Source: a virus. Taken from it: a stretch of 64,000 nt of DNA. Made by a program: the position numbers and the translations under genes. The notes beneath the pieces are model-generated. The model made no database searches. It had not been told where the DNA came from and saw only the letters and a list, made by a program, of their open reading frames with translations. The stretch lies in the IMG/VR virus record IMGVR_UViG_3300020395_000006, positions 4,265 to 68,264 of that record; one strand, written 5' to 3'. This document shows positions 47,431-56,054 of this stretch, piece after piece. Position 1 is the stretch's first letter; every line of letters begins with the position of its first letter.

Positions 47431-48079
47431 TTAGTTTCTCGGTGATGAATTTTTCAATGTAGGTTACTAATAGTTTCATATATCTCATCTTATCATACTC
47501 TTCGTAAACTTGCACTTCCCCGTTAGCACATGTCATAAGAATGACAAGTTTCTTCACAGGAATATCTGTAAGTTCATAAAACATACAGGCATATGCTGCT
47601 GCCTGTACAAAATAGTTTTCAATCCAATCCCTTGGTTTAGGTTTTTCAGCAGTCTTGAAGTCAATGATTGCAAGTTCTCCCTTATACTCTGCTATGCAAT
47701 CTACAGTCCCTGCAACTCCAAGTTCATTGCTGTACAATGATTTTTCTAAAGCATAAATGTTATTTATGTTTTGTAACTCTTTTTTAGCTTGTTGAAATAG
47801 TATTTTAGGACCAGGTTTGTCATACTTAACCTCCTCATTGAGTAGGAAGTGTTCAATCAGTTCATGCGTAGCAGTACCACGACTGGTTGCTCTCTTTGTG
47901 ATCCTATTTGCTTCTTCGTCCCCAACTTTTGCTCTCCACCTCTTGAAGATCTCCCTATTATAATAAGAAGTGACTGAGGTAATAGAAACCATCGGTCTAT
48001 CTTCTACATTATAATATCGAACACCATCAATAGTCTTCCTACTCAGAGTAGGAAGATCGCATTCTACATGTTTGAACAT
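47414..48079 (-). CDS. PD-(D/E)XK exonuclease (T4-like core gene)
   Basis: SITSV, RGT--H, AGTVDCIAE, IIDFKT, YFVQ--AY. Confidence 0.85.
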   Translation of the reverse strand: MFKHVECDLPTLSRKTIDGVRYYNVEDRPMVSITSVTSYYNREIFKRWRAKVGDEEANRITKRATSRGTATHELIEHFLLNEEVKYDKPGPKILFQQAKKELQNINNIYALEKSLYSNELGVAGTVDCIAEYKGELAIIDFKTAEKPKPRDWIENYFVQAAAYACMFYELTDIPVKKLVILMTCANGEVQVYEEYDKMRYMKLLVTYIEKFITEKLNEIQK

Positions 48080-48081
48080 AA

Positions 48082-48843
48082 CTAATCAGGAATACCTAAA
48101 GCAAGTTTATTAAGAATATAACTCTTGACTAAACCAGATCTAACTATATCTTCAATACCAAATTCAATAGATTCAAACTCAGGCATTGATGAAAGTATTT
48201 TCATGAAGTCAAGTATGCCATTCTTCTCATTTGTTTTTACCAAGTCAGTTTGTGCAACGTCACCACAGAAGTGGATCTTACAGTTTTCACCAACTCTGGT
48301 TATTATACTATCTAACTCATGAAAATTCAAGTTCTGACATTCATCCACAATTATTACACAATCATCTAAAGTTGTTCCTCTAACAAAACTTGTTGACCAA
48401 AACTTTACAGACTCCTGAGTCTTTAGATTACCCCATAACATTTCAAAGTCATTGTCTGTAGATAACTCAAACATATACTTCACCATATTCTTGTATGGTA
48501 TTTGATATAGAGTTGCTTTATCTTCATGGTCACCAGGTAAGAATCCAATCTCTCTTGTAGAAACAAGTGATCTTACTATAACAACTCGATTGTATGGTGT
48601 TATAGGATCTAGAACTTCTTTCAATGCATGATAGAGTAAGACAAAAGTTTTACCTGTCCCTGCTACACCATAACTATAAATGTTTTTACCCTCTTTATAA
48701 GATTCAAATAACTTTTTTTGATTATCAGTAAGAGGTTCAATAGGTATCATCATATCAGAATTGAAGGGTTTCTTCCTTCTCATCTGCTTAGTTGTCATAC
48801 CAGCACCCACACTAGTAGACACCTTCTTCTTTCTTGCTGGCAT
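48082..48843 (-). CDS. phoH: PhoH-like ATPase
   Basis: GVAGTGKT, IGFLPG, RGTT, DECQN, GD--Q-DL, IVRSGLV. Confidence 0.95.
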   Translation of the reverse strand: MPARKKKVSTSVGAGMTTKQMRRKKPFNSDMMIPIEPLTDNQKKLFESYKEGKNIYSYGVAGTGKTFVLLYHALKEVLDPITPYNRVVIVRSLVSTREIGFLPGDHEDKATLYQIPYKNMVKYMFELSTDNDFEMLWGNLKTQESVKFWSTSFVRGTTLDDCVIIVDECQNLNFHELDSIITRVGENCKIHFCGDVAQTDLVKTNEKNGILDFMKILSSMPEFESIEFGIEDIVRSGLVKSYILNKLALGIPD

Positions 48844-49094
48844 TATAAGTAGCGTCCGTTTTGTTGCTTTACTTTTGAACCTGGCATCTTTTCTACTCTG
48901 GATAGAACTTCATTCCACCCACCATCAGTCTTACTATAAACATCTCCCGTACTACTAACCACTCCCCCAGATCCTTGAGACCAATCCTTATCCCAATCAG
49001 GATTATCTTTTCTCCAATCATCATACTCTTTCATAGACATAACTAACTCTTTAGTCTCACCTGTCTTTAGGTTTTTTATAGGATAGGTTGGCAT
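48843..49094 (-). CDS. hypothetical protein (MPTYP... type)
   Basis: Start reassigned to MPTYPIKN; lies directly upstream of phoH with stop/start coupling. Confidence 0.7.
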   Translation of the reverse strand: MPTYPIKNLKTGETKELVMSMKEYDDWRKDNPDWDKDWSQGSGGVVSSTGDVYSKTDGGWNEVLSRVEKMPGSKVKQQNGRYL

Positions 49095-49113
49095 GTGTTT
49101 TTGCGAGTGTAAT

Positions 49114-49623
49114 TTATTTAGAAGTAAGTTTATATGCAAGAGTAATCCTAATAGGACAAGTTTGCCTAGAAAAAGCAAAAGCTTTATGTTTAACCATACC
49201 ATCAAAAGAAATCATTCTTTTACTGATAGGTGCAACAATGTCATCTCCCACTTGAGTAAACCCACCCCATTCGGGATGGTAATCACTGACATATATTAGC
49301 ACTGTCCTATCACAGTTGTCAACATGAAAACATCCATCCATACCATAATATTGTCCATTTAGATAGACATCATCAATAGTATATTCACCTATTAATTTTT
49401 TTATCCTACTAAAAAGTTTAGTATGAAAAAAGAATCTAGCATCAACGTTTGGAAAACTAGAAATAAATTGTTTCTTACCTTCCTTTGGTGTGAAACACTT
49501 CAAAAATGGTAATCTATATGGATTAGTTGGACTACTATATTGAGGTCTCCAAGACTTTTCTTGAACATATTCTTTTAGATAACTTATCTCGTCATCATGT
49601 AAAAAATCATCAAAGATTTCCAT
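49114..49623 (-). CDS. 2OG-Fe(II) oxygenase
   Basis: HVD...WGG...H...R. Confidence 0.75.
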   Translation of the reverse strand: MEIFDDFLHDDEISYLKEYVQEKSWRPQYSSPTNPYRLPFLKCFTPKEGKKQFISSFPNVDARFFFHTKLFSRIKKLIGEYTIDDVYLNGQYYGMDGCFHVDNCDRTVLIYVSDYHPEWGGFTQVGDDIVAPISKRMISFDGMVKHKAFAFSRQTCPIRITLAYKLTSK

Positions 49624-50468
49624 CAGTAACTCTTTATCTTTGGATTATTATACACTAAGTATGCTGCTCCAATAGATGTACCACCATCATATGCAATAGG
49701 ATCAACATAAAAATTCAAGTCAGGAAACTCCTTCAGTAATTTATAATTTACAACACAATTCAAAAAACATCCACCAGTCAATACTATATTATTACATTTA
49801 GTTTTTGATACTGCAATCTTTACTAACTCAACAGATCTATCTTCCCAGTTCTTTTGAACTGTTGCACATGCATTTTCTTCTGATGAATGTAGATAACCAT
49901 CACCTTCAATATAATATCCAAAGGGTGCTAATCCCATAACCTTACCTGCCTCATTCCTTCCCCACCCACATCTCTCAGAAACATTATCAAATGCAAATCC
50001 AATACCAAAAGTCTTATCAAAATTAAAAGTTTTATGAACACACTTCCAATAAAATCTTCTACCAGTTTTTACATGCATTATAGTTTCCGACTCATCTCCT
50101 TCAGGAAACTGAGATCCACTTGAGTCCACAACAATTACTGCTGCTTCATCAAATTCAGAATTATAAAAACCACATGAAGTATGAGTTAGATGGTGTCGGT
50201 CTCTGAAATCATGTACTTCTGCATTACTAAACTTATTTTTTATCTTAGCAACATCTCTGCTACTCTCAAGACATTTCTTCTTACCACTATAATAAGCATC
50301 AGAGAATGCAATATGATCTACATCATCAACAAAAGATAATAGATCCTTTACAATATGATCCCTTTTCTTTCTTGTAATTCTTTCAGACTCTAAGTATAAT
50401 TCTACCTTACCATTATCTAGTACACAGATAGAACCATTATTAGATAAATTGACACCCAAAATTTTCAT
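49623..50468 (-). CDS. carbamoyltransferase, Kae1-like (N-terminal) domain
   Basis: ESERITRKK, HHLTH, GKVMGLAP, GGCFLNCVVN, DGGTSIGAA. Confidence 0.88.
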   Translation of the reverse strand: MKILGVNLSNNGSICVLDNGKVELYLESERITRKKRDHIVKDLLSFVDDVDHIAFSDAYYSGKKKCLESSRDVAKIKNKFSNAEVHDFRDRHHLTHTSCGFYNSEFDEAAVIVVDSSGSQFPEGDESETIMHVKTGRRFYWKCVHKTFNFDKTFGIGFAFDNVSERCGWGRNEAGKVMGLAPFGYYIEGDGYLHSSEENACATVQKNWEDRSVELVKIAVSKTKCNNIVLTGGCFLNCVVNYKLLKEFPDLNFYVDPIAYDGGTSIGAAYLVYNNPKIKSY

Positions 50469-50469
50469 A

Positions 50470-51090
50470 CTAATAACCAAGAGAAGATTTTTTAATCATT
50501 CGTTTGACTTCAGGGAACCACAAGACATGTATATCAGATTGCTCAAAGGTATCTATGGCATCCTGTGGAGTTTCTACCAATGGTTGACCTGCAAGGTTGA
50601 ATGATGTATTCAGAACCATCGGTATCTTAGTATACTTATAAAACTCTTCAATGACCTCATAAAAATGTGGTTGTTGAGCAGTAACTGTTTGTATCCTGCA
50701 GGTATTATCTATGTGTAGAACACCTGGTATCTTATCATAAACATCTTCCTTTGCAGGAACAGCATAAGACATAGTAGGACAATGATTTAGTCTATCCATT
50801 TCAAACCAGTCACCAGCATGTTCTTTCATAACACTGGCAGCAAAAGGTCTAAATTTTTCTCTCCTCTTTACTTTATTGACAATATCTTTAGCATCAGGAT
50901 CTCTGGGATCATATAATATACTTCTATTACCCAGTGCTCTTGGTCCTGCCTCAGATCTACCATTATATACTGCTACTATTTCATCTTGCATGATGAATGT
51001 AGCAATCTCTTGTGGTGTTACTCTTTGTGCTTCAGAATGAGACCTAATAAATTCAACATCATGTTTTGGTCCCAAAAATAAATCTACCAT
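50470..51090 (-). CDS. carbamoyltransferase, YrdC-like (C-terminal) domain
   Basis: GRSEAGPRALGNRSIL, KRREKFRPFA, H-DNTCRIQTV, LNTSFN. Confidence 0.9.
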   Translation of the reverse strand: MVDLFLGPKHDVEFIRSHSEAQRVTPQEIATFIMQDEIVAVYNGRSEAGPRALGNRSILYDPRDPDAKDIVNKVKRREKFRPFAASVMKEHAGDWFEMDRLNHCPTMSYAVPAKEDVYDKIPGVLHIDNTCRIQTVTAQQPHFYEVIEEFYKYTKIPMVLNTSFNLAGQPLVETPQDAIDTFEQSDIHVLWFPEVKRMIKKSSLGY

Positions 51091-51713
51091 TCAAGTGCTT
51101 CAGATACAACAGGGAAATTGTCTTTGAATACAGTTCTACATTCTTCAGCAATGTCCATGTGCTCTTTCTGAGTACCATGTGCTGAACGTAGATCAATATA
51201 ATGTATCCAAGATCTAACAGATCCTGTCATATATATCCGAGTTGGAGTGCATAATGGTAAGACCATTCTTGCACATTCTTTTGCAACCCCTTGCTCTAAC
51301 ATTTGATTATATAAACTACCAGCAGAACTAAAAAGAGTTATCATCTGCTTGTTTAGTTTTTCTACTACGTCAGGGTCAAGATCATCTGTAGAATTCTGTC
51401 TATTCTTCTTGTCCTGCTTACGAAGTTCTGGTAAAGATAATTCTGGTAAGTCATTAGTACTAGCATATCTTTGAGAGAACTCTTGGAAAGTGAAACTACG
51501 ATGTCTTAGTATCTGTGCTGCTATAGCACGAGTAGTTTCAATTTCTAGACTCATGTGTGCCTGTTCAAATACAGACCAATGCTGATGCTTTATACAATAC
51601 CTTAGTAGACCTGAGAAATTATCATTATCCTGATTGTTAGGGTTAGAAACTCTGGCAACGTATGCCATAGTCTTCTCCGCATCAGGAGTCAGTGTTACTA
51701 ATTTTACTTTCAT
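51084..51713 (-). CDS. thyX: flavin-dependent thymidylate synthase
   Basis: RHRSFTFQEFSQRY motif, ARVSNP, ECARMVLP. Confidence 0.95.
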   Translation of the reverse strand: MKVKLVTLTPDAEKTMAYVARVSNPNNQDNDNFSGLLRYCIKHQHWSVFEQAHMSLEIETTRAIAAQILRHRSFTFQEFSQRYASTNDLPELSLPELRKQDKKNRQNSTDDLDPDVVEKLNKQMITLFSSAGSLYNQMLEQGVAKECARMVLPLCTPTRIYMTGSVRSWIHYIDLRSAHGTQKEHMDIAEECRTVFKDNFPVVSEALEW

Positions 51714-51864
51714 GTTTTTTTAATGCCTTTACAGAACGCTTTAACTTTAGTCCCCTCTTTGCCTCTTTGAGTGCAGTCTTCATATAGTGAATTTCGGTAG
51801 GAGTATATAGGGACTTTTCTTTCAGAGCGTTTTTGATAAGGCGAATCGTTTCTTTGAATTTCAT
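51682..51864 (-). CDS. small basic hypothetical protein
   Basis: MKFKETIRLIKNAL...LYTPTEIHYMK; start reassigned. Confidence 0.55.
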   Translation of the reverse strand: MKFKETIRLIKNALKEKSLYTPTEIHYMKTALKEAKRGLKLKRSVKALKKHESKISNTDS

Positions 51865-51865
51865 T

Positions 51866-51903
51866 ATTATAGAGGATAAAAAAGGGGTGTCAAGCACCCC
51901 TTT
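51866..51903 (-). terminator. intrinsic terminator overlapping a sigma70 promoter
   Basis: AAAGGGGTG-CTTGA-CACCCCTTTTTT; the same bases give TTGACA-N16-TATAAT at 51893-51866. Confidence 0.7.
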
Positions 51904-51925
51904 GATTTGTATTGTGTTTTGAGTC

Positions 51926-52006
51926 CTATGCGTATGCAAATCTAGGAAGATATGCCACGGATAAAAATATGATTGCTAGAAACATTGTTTGATAGAAAAT
52001 TCTCAT
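51926..52006 (-). CDS. small hydrophobic peptide (26 aa)
   Basis: Manually translated MRIFYQTMFLAIIFLSVAYLPRFAYA. Confidence 0.4.
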   Translation of the reverse strand: MRIFYQTMFLAIIFLSVAYLPRFAYA

Positions 52007-52044
52007 CAAGTAAAAATACCTAGTACAATAGTATATAGGTATTT

Positions 52045-52134
52045 CTACTTCCTAAGTTTGAATAGTTTTACCTCAACATAGATGAGACCTAAAACTACTA
52101 CACTACCTACAATAATTGCTAGTGTACCAATCAT
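52045..52134 (-). CDS. small membrane peptide (29 aa)
   Basis: MIGTLAIIVGSVVVLGLIYVEVKLFKLRK; TAATG-coupled to the DUF4278-like gene. Confidence 0.55.
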   Translation of the reverse strand: MIGTLAIIVGSVVVLGLIYVEVKLFKLRK

Positions 52135-52274
52135 TAGCTCTTAGAAGCAAACTTACGTTCTACTTTTATACCACGATACATTAGATCGTGATTTCTCTGT
52201 TGAGCTTCTGCTTGTACCATTTCACGGTACGCTTCAGAGTCGTACTTGACTCCACGATAAGTGACTTGTGCCAT
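52134..52274 (-). CDS. DUF4278-like small protein (46 aa)
   Basis: Two YRG(V/I) motifs; GGAGA ribosome-binding site; downstream of the riboswitch. Confidence 0.8.
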   Translation of the reverse strand: MAQVTYRGVKYDSEAYREMVQAEAQQRNHDLMYRGIKVERKFASKS

Positions 52275-52302
52275 TGGTTTCTCCAAAGGTAGGGTTTTTA
52301 GT

Positions 52303-52395
52303 CCCCGTTCCTTCAGTCGGCTTTTGCGTCCCATTTGGGATGAACGATTCCGTTCCGAGTCGGCTTACTTGCGACCTCTTCTGAGGTTGAACGTA
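52303..52395 (-). ncRNA. tandem glutamine riboswitch (glnA / Downstream-peptide class)
   Basis: Two units CGUUCA-hairpin-CGCAA..AGCCGACU..GGAACGG with different P2 stems (ACCUC/GAGGU, UCCC/GGGA). Confidence 0.8.
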
Positions 52396-52398
52396 AAG

Positions 52399-52429
52399 GT
52401 ATGTTAGCATACCCATATTATTTAGTCAA
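52399..52429 (-). promoter_or_regulatory. sigma70 promoter with late box and an NtcA-type site over the -10
   Basis: TTGACT-N17-TAACAT with extended TG; CTAAATA at 52419-52425; GTA-N8-TAC at 52399-52412. Confidence 0.7.
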
Positions 52430-52441
52430 GTAAGTTTACAA

Positions 52442-52508
52442 AAAACCTATACAGAAAAAAATACTGGAGATTTTTTCTCCAGTATTTTGAAAACAAAAGT
52501 TGAATTTG
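52442..52508 (-). repeat. dispersed ~67-nt element, copy 3; terminator-like hairpin
   Basis: AAAACC...GAGATTTTTT...AAAAGTTGAATTTG (+ reading); AAAATACTGGAGA/TCTCCAGTATTTT stem. Confidence 0.7.
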
Positions 52509-52511
52509 GTT

Positions 52512-52778
52512 TTACTTCCTAGGTTTTTTTGGTGGTGTAGGTAGTGGAGCAGAGGGATCTCTCCATAATTTTGGATTGACCTTACCACCTGCCTGTACCA
52601 TGTTCACAAACTTGCTACTCTTATCATAGTAGTGATCAAAGATCTCCACTGCCTTATTTGATACAGCAATATCATAAAAGGTTTCACCTTCTAACTCATA
52701 CTCTACAAGGTATGCTGTGTAAGGTAACTTAGGATCATCTGCTAACTTTTTCTCACATTTTTCATGAAGTATTTTCAT
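52512..52778 (-). CDS. cyanophage hypothetical protein
   Basis: ORF track; LPYTAYLVEY, IFDHYYD. Confidence 0.7.
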   Translation of the reverse strand: MKILHEKCEKKLADDPKLPYTAYLVEYELEGETFYDIAVSNKAVEIFDHYYDKSSKFVNMVQAGGKVNPKLWRDPSAPLPTPPKKPRK

Positions 52779-52781
52779 TTC

Positions 52782-53231
52782 CTATGTGTCTCTCCACTGT
52801 ATCTCAGGGTATGCTTCCTCTGCAACTGCCCTAGTAATCCTATACTTAGACTGAAGTTTCTTATCTTTTATAAGCATCAGCAACTCTGCTTCAGACTCAT
52901 GAAGAGACTCTAGTAATTGGATAAACATCTGCTCTCTTTTCATTTGAGAGATAGCATCATTACCACCCTTTATATAATTGTAAAGGGTTCTCCACTCATG
53001 TACCAGTCTGGTGTGTCCACCTGAATTTATAGGTGCCTCATTCTTTTTATAAGGAACCTCACCTTCAGGAATAGCACTCTTGATCTGCTTATCAAAATTC
53101 CAAATCAATAATGCTTTCACATCATCACGCTTGTGGTTTTTTAGAATGTCATTCTTCAGTGTCTTATTCTTAGCACCATGTACTGCTTTGAAAAGTTCAG
53201 AAACTAAAGGATTGTCAGGAAGTTTTGCCAT
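52782..53231 (-). CDS. T4-like hypothetical protein
   Basis: LIWNFD, PEGEVPY, KREQMFIQLLESLH--EAE. Confidence 0.75.
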   Translation of the reverse strand: MAKLPDNPLVSELFKAVHGAKNKTLKNDILKNHKRDDVKALLIWNFDKQIKSAIPEGEVPYKKNEAPINSGGHTRLVHEWRTLYNYIKGGNDAISQMKREQMFIQLLESLHESEAELLMLIKDKKLQSKYRITRAVAEEAYPEIQWRDT

Positions 53232-53233
53232 AA

Positions 53234-53464
53234 TTAATCGTCATTGTCATCTAGTTTGGATGGATCACCCTCAAATCGAAAGGATACTATTTCGTCGGGG
53301 AGTAGGTTACCATGTTCATCAAACATCTCAGGATGATATGTATATTGTTGCTGAACATAGTTGTTCTCCTGTATATAGGAGCGAATTAGATACCCAGTAA
53401 CGAGACCTAATCCTAAAGTCAGTAAACCAGTGAAGACACCGATCACTATAAGTGCTGATTCCAT
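53234..53464 (-). CDS. hypothetical membrane protein
   Basis: Transmembrane helix plus HPEMFDEHGN; the start may extend to 53593. Confidence 0.65.
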   Translation of the reverse strand: MESALIVIGVFTGLLTLGLGLVTGYLIRSYIQENNYVQQQYTYHPEMFDEHGNLLPDEIVSFRFEGDPSKLDDNDD

Positions 53465-53547
53465 TTTCTTATTCTTTACTAAGGTTTGCTTCTGATGATC
53501 AGTGTTTACCCTCCTCAATAAAAGTTCGACACCTTTATTTATTTCTC

Positions 53548-53784
53548 CTAAATCAGCTTTTTCTCTTGAAGAAATTTCAGTGTTTCTTTGCATCCGCCTA
53601 TGTGTTGTGCATCAATTTGTACTTGTGGGAAGGTTGCCCCTTCACCAAACTCATGATAAAAACCATCTTTTGAAAAGTGTACATCATATTTGTATTCAGT
53701 GTAAGATATGTTTACACTGTTTAACAATTGTCGTACACGGTCACACCATTGACAGTTGTCTTTTGAATAAAGTACTGCTTGCAT
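53548..53784 (-). CDS. nrdC: glutaredoxin
   Basis: CQWC, TFPQV, IGG. Confidence 0.9.
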   Translation of the reverse strand: MQAVLYSKDNCQWCDRVRQLLNSVNISYTEYKYDVHFSKDGFYHEFGEGATFPQVQIDAQHIGGCKETLKFLQEKKLI

Positions 53785-53790
53785 AATACC

Positions 53791-54324
53791 CTATAAAATC
53801 CTATTTACATTACCTGCAACCACAACCCTATCAGATTGTGTTTCTACAGGATCAACCCCATGGAGTGCCCAAGCAGGGAAGAATACTATTGTACCAGATC
53901 TTTGCTCCTTTGGATAGATCTTTTCGTCTCCTATCTTGAAAAATAAACAATCCTGATCAACAGGAACGTCAACAAAATGAATCCAAGACATCAGAGTATT
54001 TTTATCTGAGTAATGATTATGAACACCATTGCCACCAGCAAAATCTTTAGTATAAATCTGAGCCCAGATGTGTCTAAATGATAAAATCATTTTAGGTGCT
54101 ATAAGACCCTCCTCTTTCAAAGATTTAGAAACGAATGGTGCATATATCTTATGAAGTCTTTCATCATGGAAATTACCATGACTACTATCTCGACTGTTAG
54201 AGTTTGGATGTCGATGATAACCAGTGTAATAGTTATGTCTACGAAACTCTTCAGTCTTATATGTATCATAAAGATACTTTATGTCTTCTTCAGATAATTG
54301 AAGGTTCTGAGACCTATAAATCAT
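53791..54324 (-). CDS. putative 2OG-Fe(II) oxygenase
   Basis: WAQIY, HNH, FFPAWALHGV, RVVVAGN. Confidence 0.75.
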   Translation of the reverse strand: MIYRSQNLQLSEEDIKYLYDTYKTEEFRRHNYYTGYHRHPNSNSRDSSHGNFHDERLHKIYAPFVSKSLKEEGLIAPKMILSFRHIWAQIYTKDFAGGNGVHNHYSDKNTLMSWIHFVDVPVDQDCLFFKIGDEKIYPKEQRSGTIVFFPAWALHGVDPVETQSDRVVVAGNVNRIL

Positions 54325-54556
54325 TTTCAGTAAGAAACTCTTGTTCTTTCTGAAAGTATTCTTTCATAGAAGAAGATACATCAGGTGGTTCAGGGTCTTT
54401 ATAACCCTTCATCTTCTTCCATTTATTATACAATGCACTCATGTGCCATGACTGAGCAAGACTCTTAGGTCCATTCTCAAGTAACTCAAGTTCCTTTTTA
54501 CTATTCGTATAAGGAATAAGTTCCTCTCTCCAATTGGAGTCATCATAGGTTTTCAT
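54314..54556 (-). CDS. hypothetical protein
   Basis: MKTYDDSNWREE...; start reassigned to give a 4-bp overlap. Confidence 0.65.
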   Translation of the reverse strand: MKTYDDSNWREELIPYTNSKKELELLENGPKSLAQSWHMSALYNKWKKMKGYKDPEPPDVSSSMKEYFQKEQEFLTENDL

Positions 54557-54774
54557 TTGGATAACATGTAAATTAATCCTGGTATTATAATAAAAAATTG
54601 TGGTAGAAAATTCATCACTATGGATCTTTCCTTCCACTTGATTCCTACATAAGTCCATCCAGCAGCACCTAGTAATTGTAACATACTATTCCAAGGTGTC
54701 AATCCTAACACATGGAAGACCATTGCTGTCAAAATAACTGTAGCACTGAACCATTTTATATATTTAACACTCAA
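54553..54774 (-). CDS. small multi-pass membrane protein
   Basis: Three hydrophobic segments. Confidence 0.65.
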   Translation of the reverse strand: MSVKYIKWFSATVILTAMVFHVLGLTPWNSMLQLLGAAGWTYVGIKWKERSIVMNFLPQFFIIIPGLIYMLSK

Positions 54775-55233
54775 TTAGATTCCTCTTATATCCCTCAACT
54801 CTTGGAAGTCTTTCTTCTTAGTACCCCCATCATATTCCCAAGCATACCCTTCAACAATCATCTGTTCATTTAATGAAACAGGATTGTCCCCAACGTACAA
54901 CCAACCAAGAAGCCTACCATACTTCCCAACGCCACCGACAAGCTCAGTTCTAATAGTGAGTTCATCTTCACCTTTAATTGCTCCATCTAAATGTTCTTTC
55001 ATCCATGCAGTAGCATCAAGTCCTAATGCTTTCTCTTCAAGATCTCTTGTTCTTTTTTCAGGAGTATCGACTCCTGCAATGCGAACTCTTTCTTTTTTGA
55101 AGAGATCGAATCCCAAATCAATTGTAACGTCAATAGTATCTCCGTCAACTACTCTGTTTATCTTGGTCACTCGGAAGTTGTAACAACTCTTCCGACTTGG
55201 TGGAATCATCTTTCCCATCATTAGTTTTTTCAT
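54775..55233 (-). CDS. thermonuclease (staphylococcal nuclease-like)
   Basis: VVDGDTID, RVRIAGVDTPE, KYGRLLG, GYAWEY. Confidence 0.88.
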   Translation of the reverse strand: MKKLMMGKMIPPSRKSCYNFRVTKINRVVDGDTIDVTIDLGFDLFKKERVRIAGVDTPEKRTRDLEEKALGLDATAWMKEHLDGAIKGEDELTIRTELVGGVGKYGRLLGWLYVGDNPVSLNEQMIVEGYAWEYDGGTKKKDFQELRDIRGI

Positions 55234-55301
55234 CTAACTTATTTAGAACGCTCTCTTCTGGATCCAATTTACCATGCATACTAATCTTGCAACTACTATA
55301 G

Positions 55302-56054
55302 TTATAGCACAGATCTTCTACGACAGCAAGGTTTATATCTAAATGAACTCAAACCACTAAGATTACATAAAACTTTCAACATTTCCTCACTATCTTCTGG
55401 CTTATGATAAGAATAATCACCTTGCTTAACATCCCACCACTCACCACCAAACTCTGCATTGGTAAAATTATTCAAAAAATTCAAGGCACCATCAAATCTA
55501 AAGATCATTTTCTCTTGCTGTAAAGCAGTAGCAAATGAAACCTGATCTCTCACACCACCTTGTTGATACCATTCCCACCATGTTTTATTGAACTTATCAC
55601 ACTTTCTTCTCCACAAAATCGTACACATAGGAGAAAAGAATCTTCTAAAATCAAAACCAATTTCCTTCAACATGTATGTGTAATGCATGATCTGACTCTT
55701 ACTCCACCATCCATTATTATAATACTCCATCATCTCATTCAAGTAAGAATGTTTATGTGGATGCTGTAGTACAAACAACTTATCATTATAAGTTGTTAAT
55801 ATCTCTTTACTAATAGCAAAGAAAGGTTCTTTCAATAAATGAAGTCTGGTTGCATCTACATATATACTTTCTTCAAAAGGACAGTTGATTTTATAATATC
55901 TTGATGACCTTACTGGATCACCAAGATCCATTCCTGGTCTTACTTCCCACGGTCCTACTTGCTCTGCATCACCATAACAAATATACTCATTACCAGGTGG
56001 CATTTTCTCTGGAAGTTTAGAATAATTATTGGTTATGCAGGTGTATATAATCAT
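55302..56054 (-). CDS. DUF616-like putative glycosyltransferase, paralogue 3
   Basis: IYTCITNNY, YVDA, HPH, RDQVSF. Confidence 0.75.
   Translation of the reverse strand: MIIYTCITNNYSKLPEKMPPGNEYICYGDAEQVGPWEVRPGMDLGDPVRSSRYYKINCPFEESIYVDATRLHLLKEPFFAISKEILTTYNDKLFVLQHPHKHSYLNEMMEYYNNGWWSKSQIMHYTYMLKEIGFDFRRFFSPMCTILWRRKCDKFNKTWWEWYQQGGVRDQVSFATALQQEKMIFRFDGALNFLNNFTNAEFGGEWWDVKQGDYSYHKPEDSEEMLKVLCNLSGLSSFRYKPCCRRRSVL

Noticed and set aside
47414-48079. Cas4 / CRISPR-associated nuclease
   Set aside because: It lacks the Fe-S cysteine cluster, no cas genes or array are present, and it sits in the usual T4-like core position next to phoH and gp33.
50466-50472. Stop-codon readthrough fusing the carbamoyltransferase halves
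   Set aside because: The downstream half is in a different frame and has its own ATG right after the stop; no slippery site is evident.
52234-52416. 60-aa ORF and the N-terminal extension of the 66-aa ORF
   Set aside because: Both overlap the riboswitch or promoter; the ribosome-binding site supports the start at 52274.
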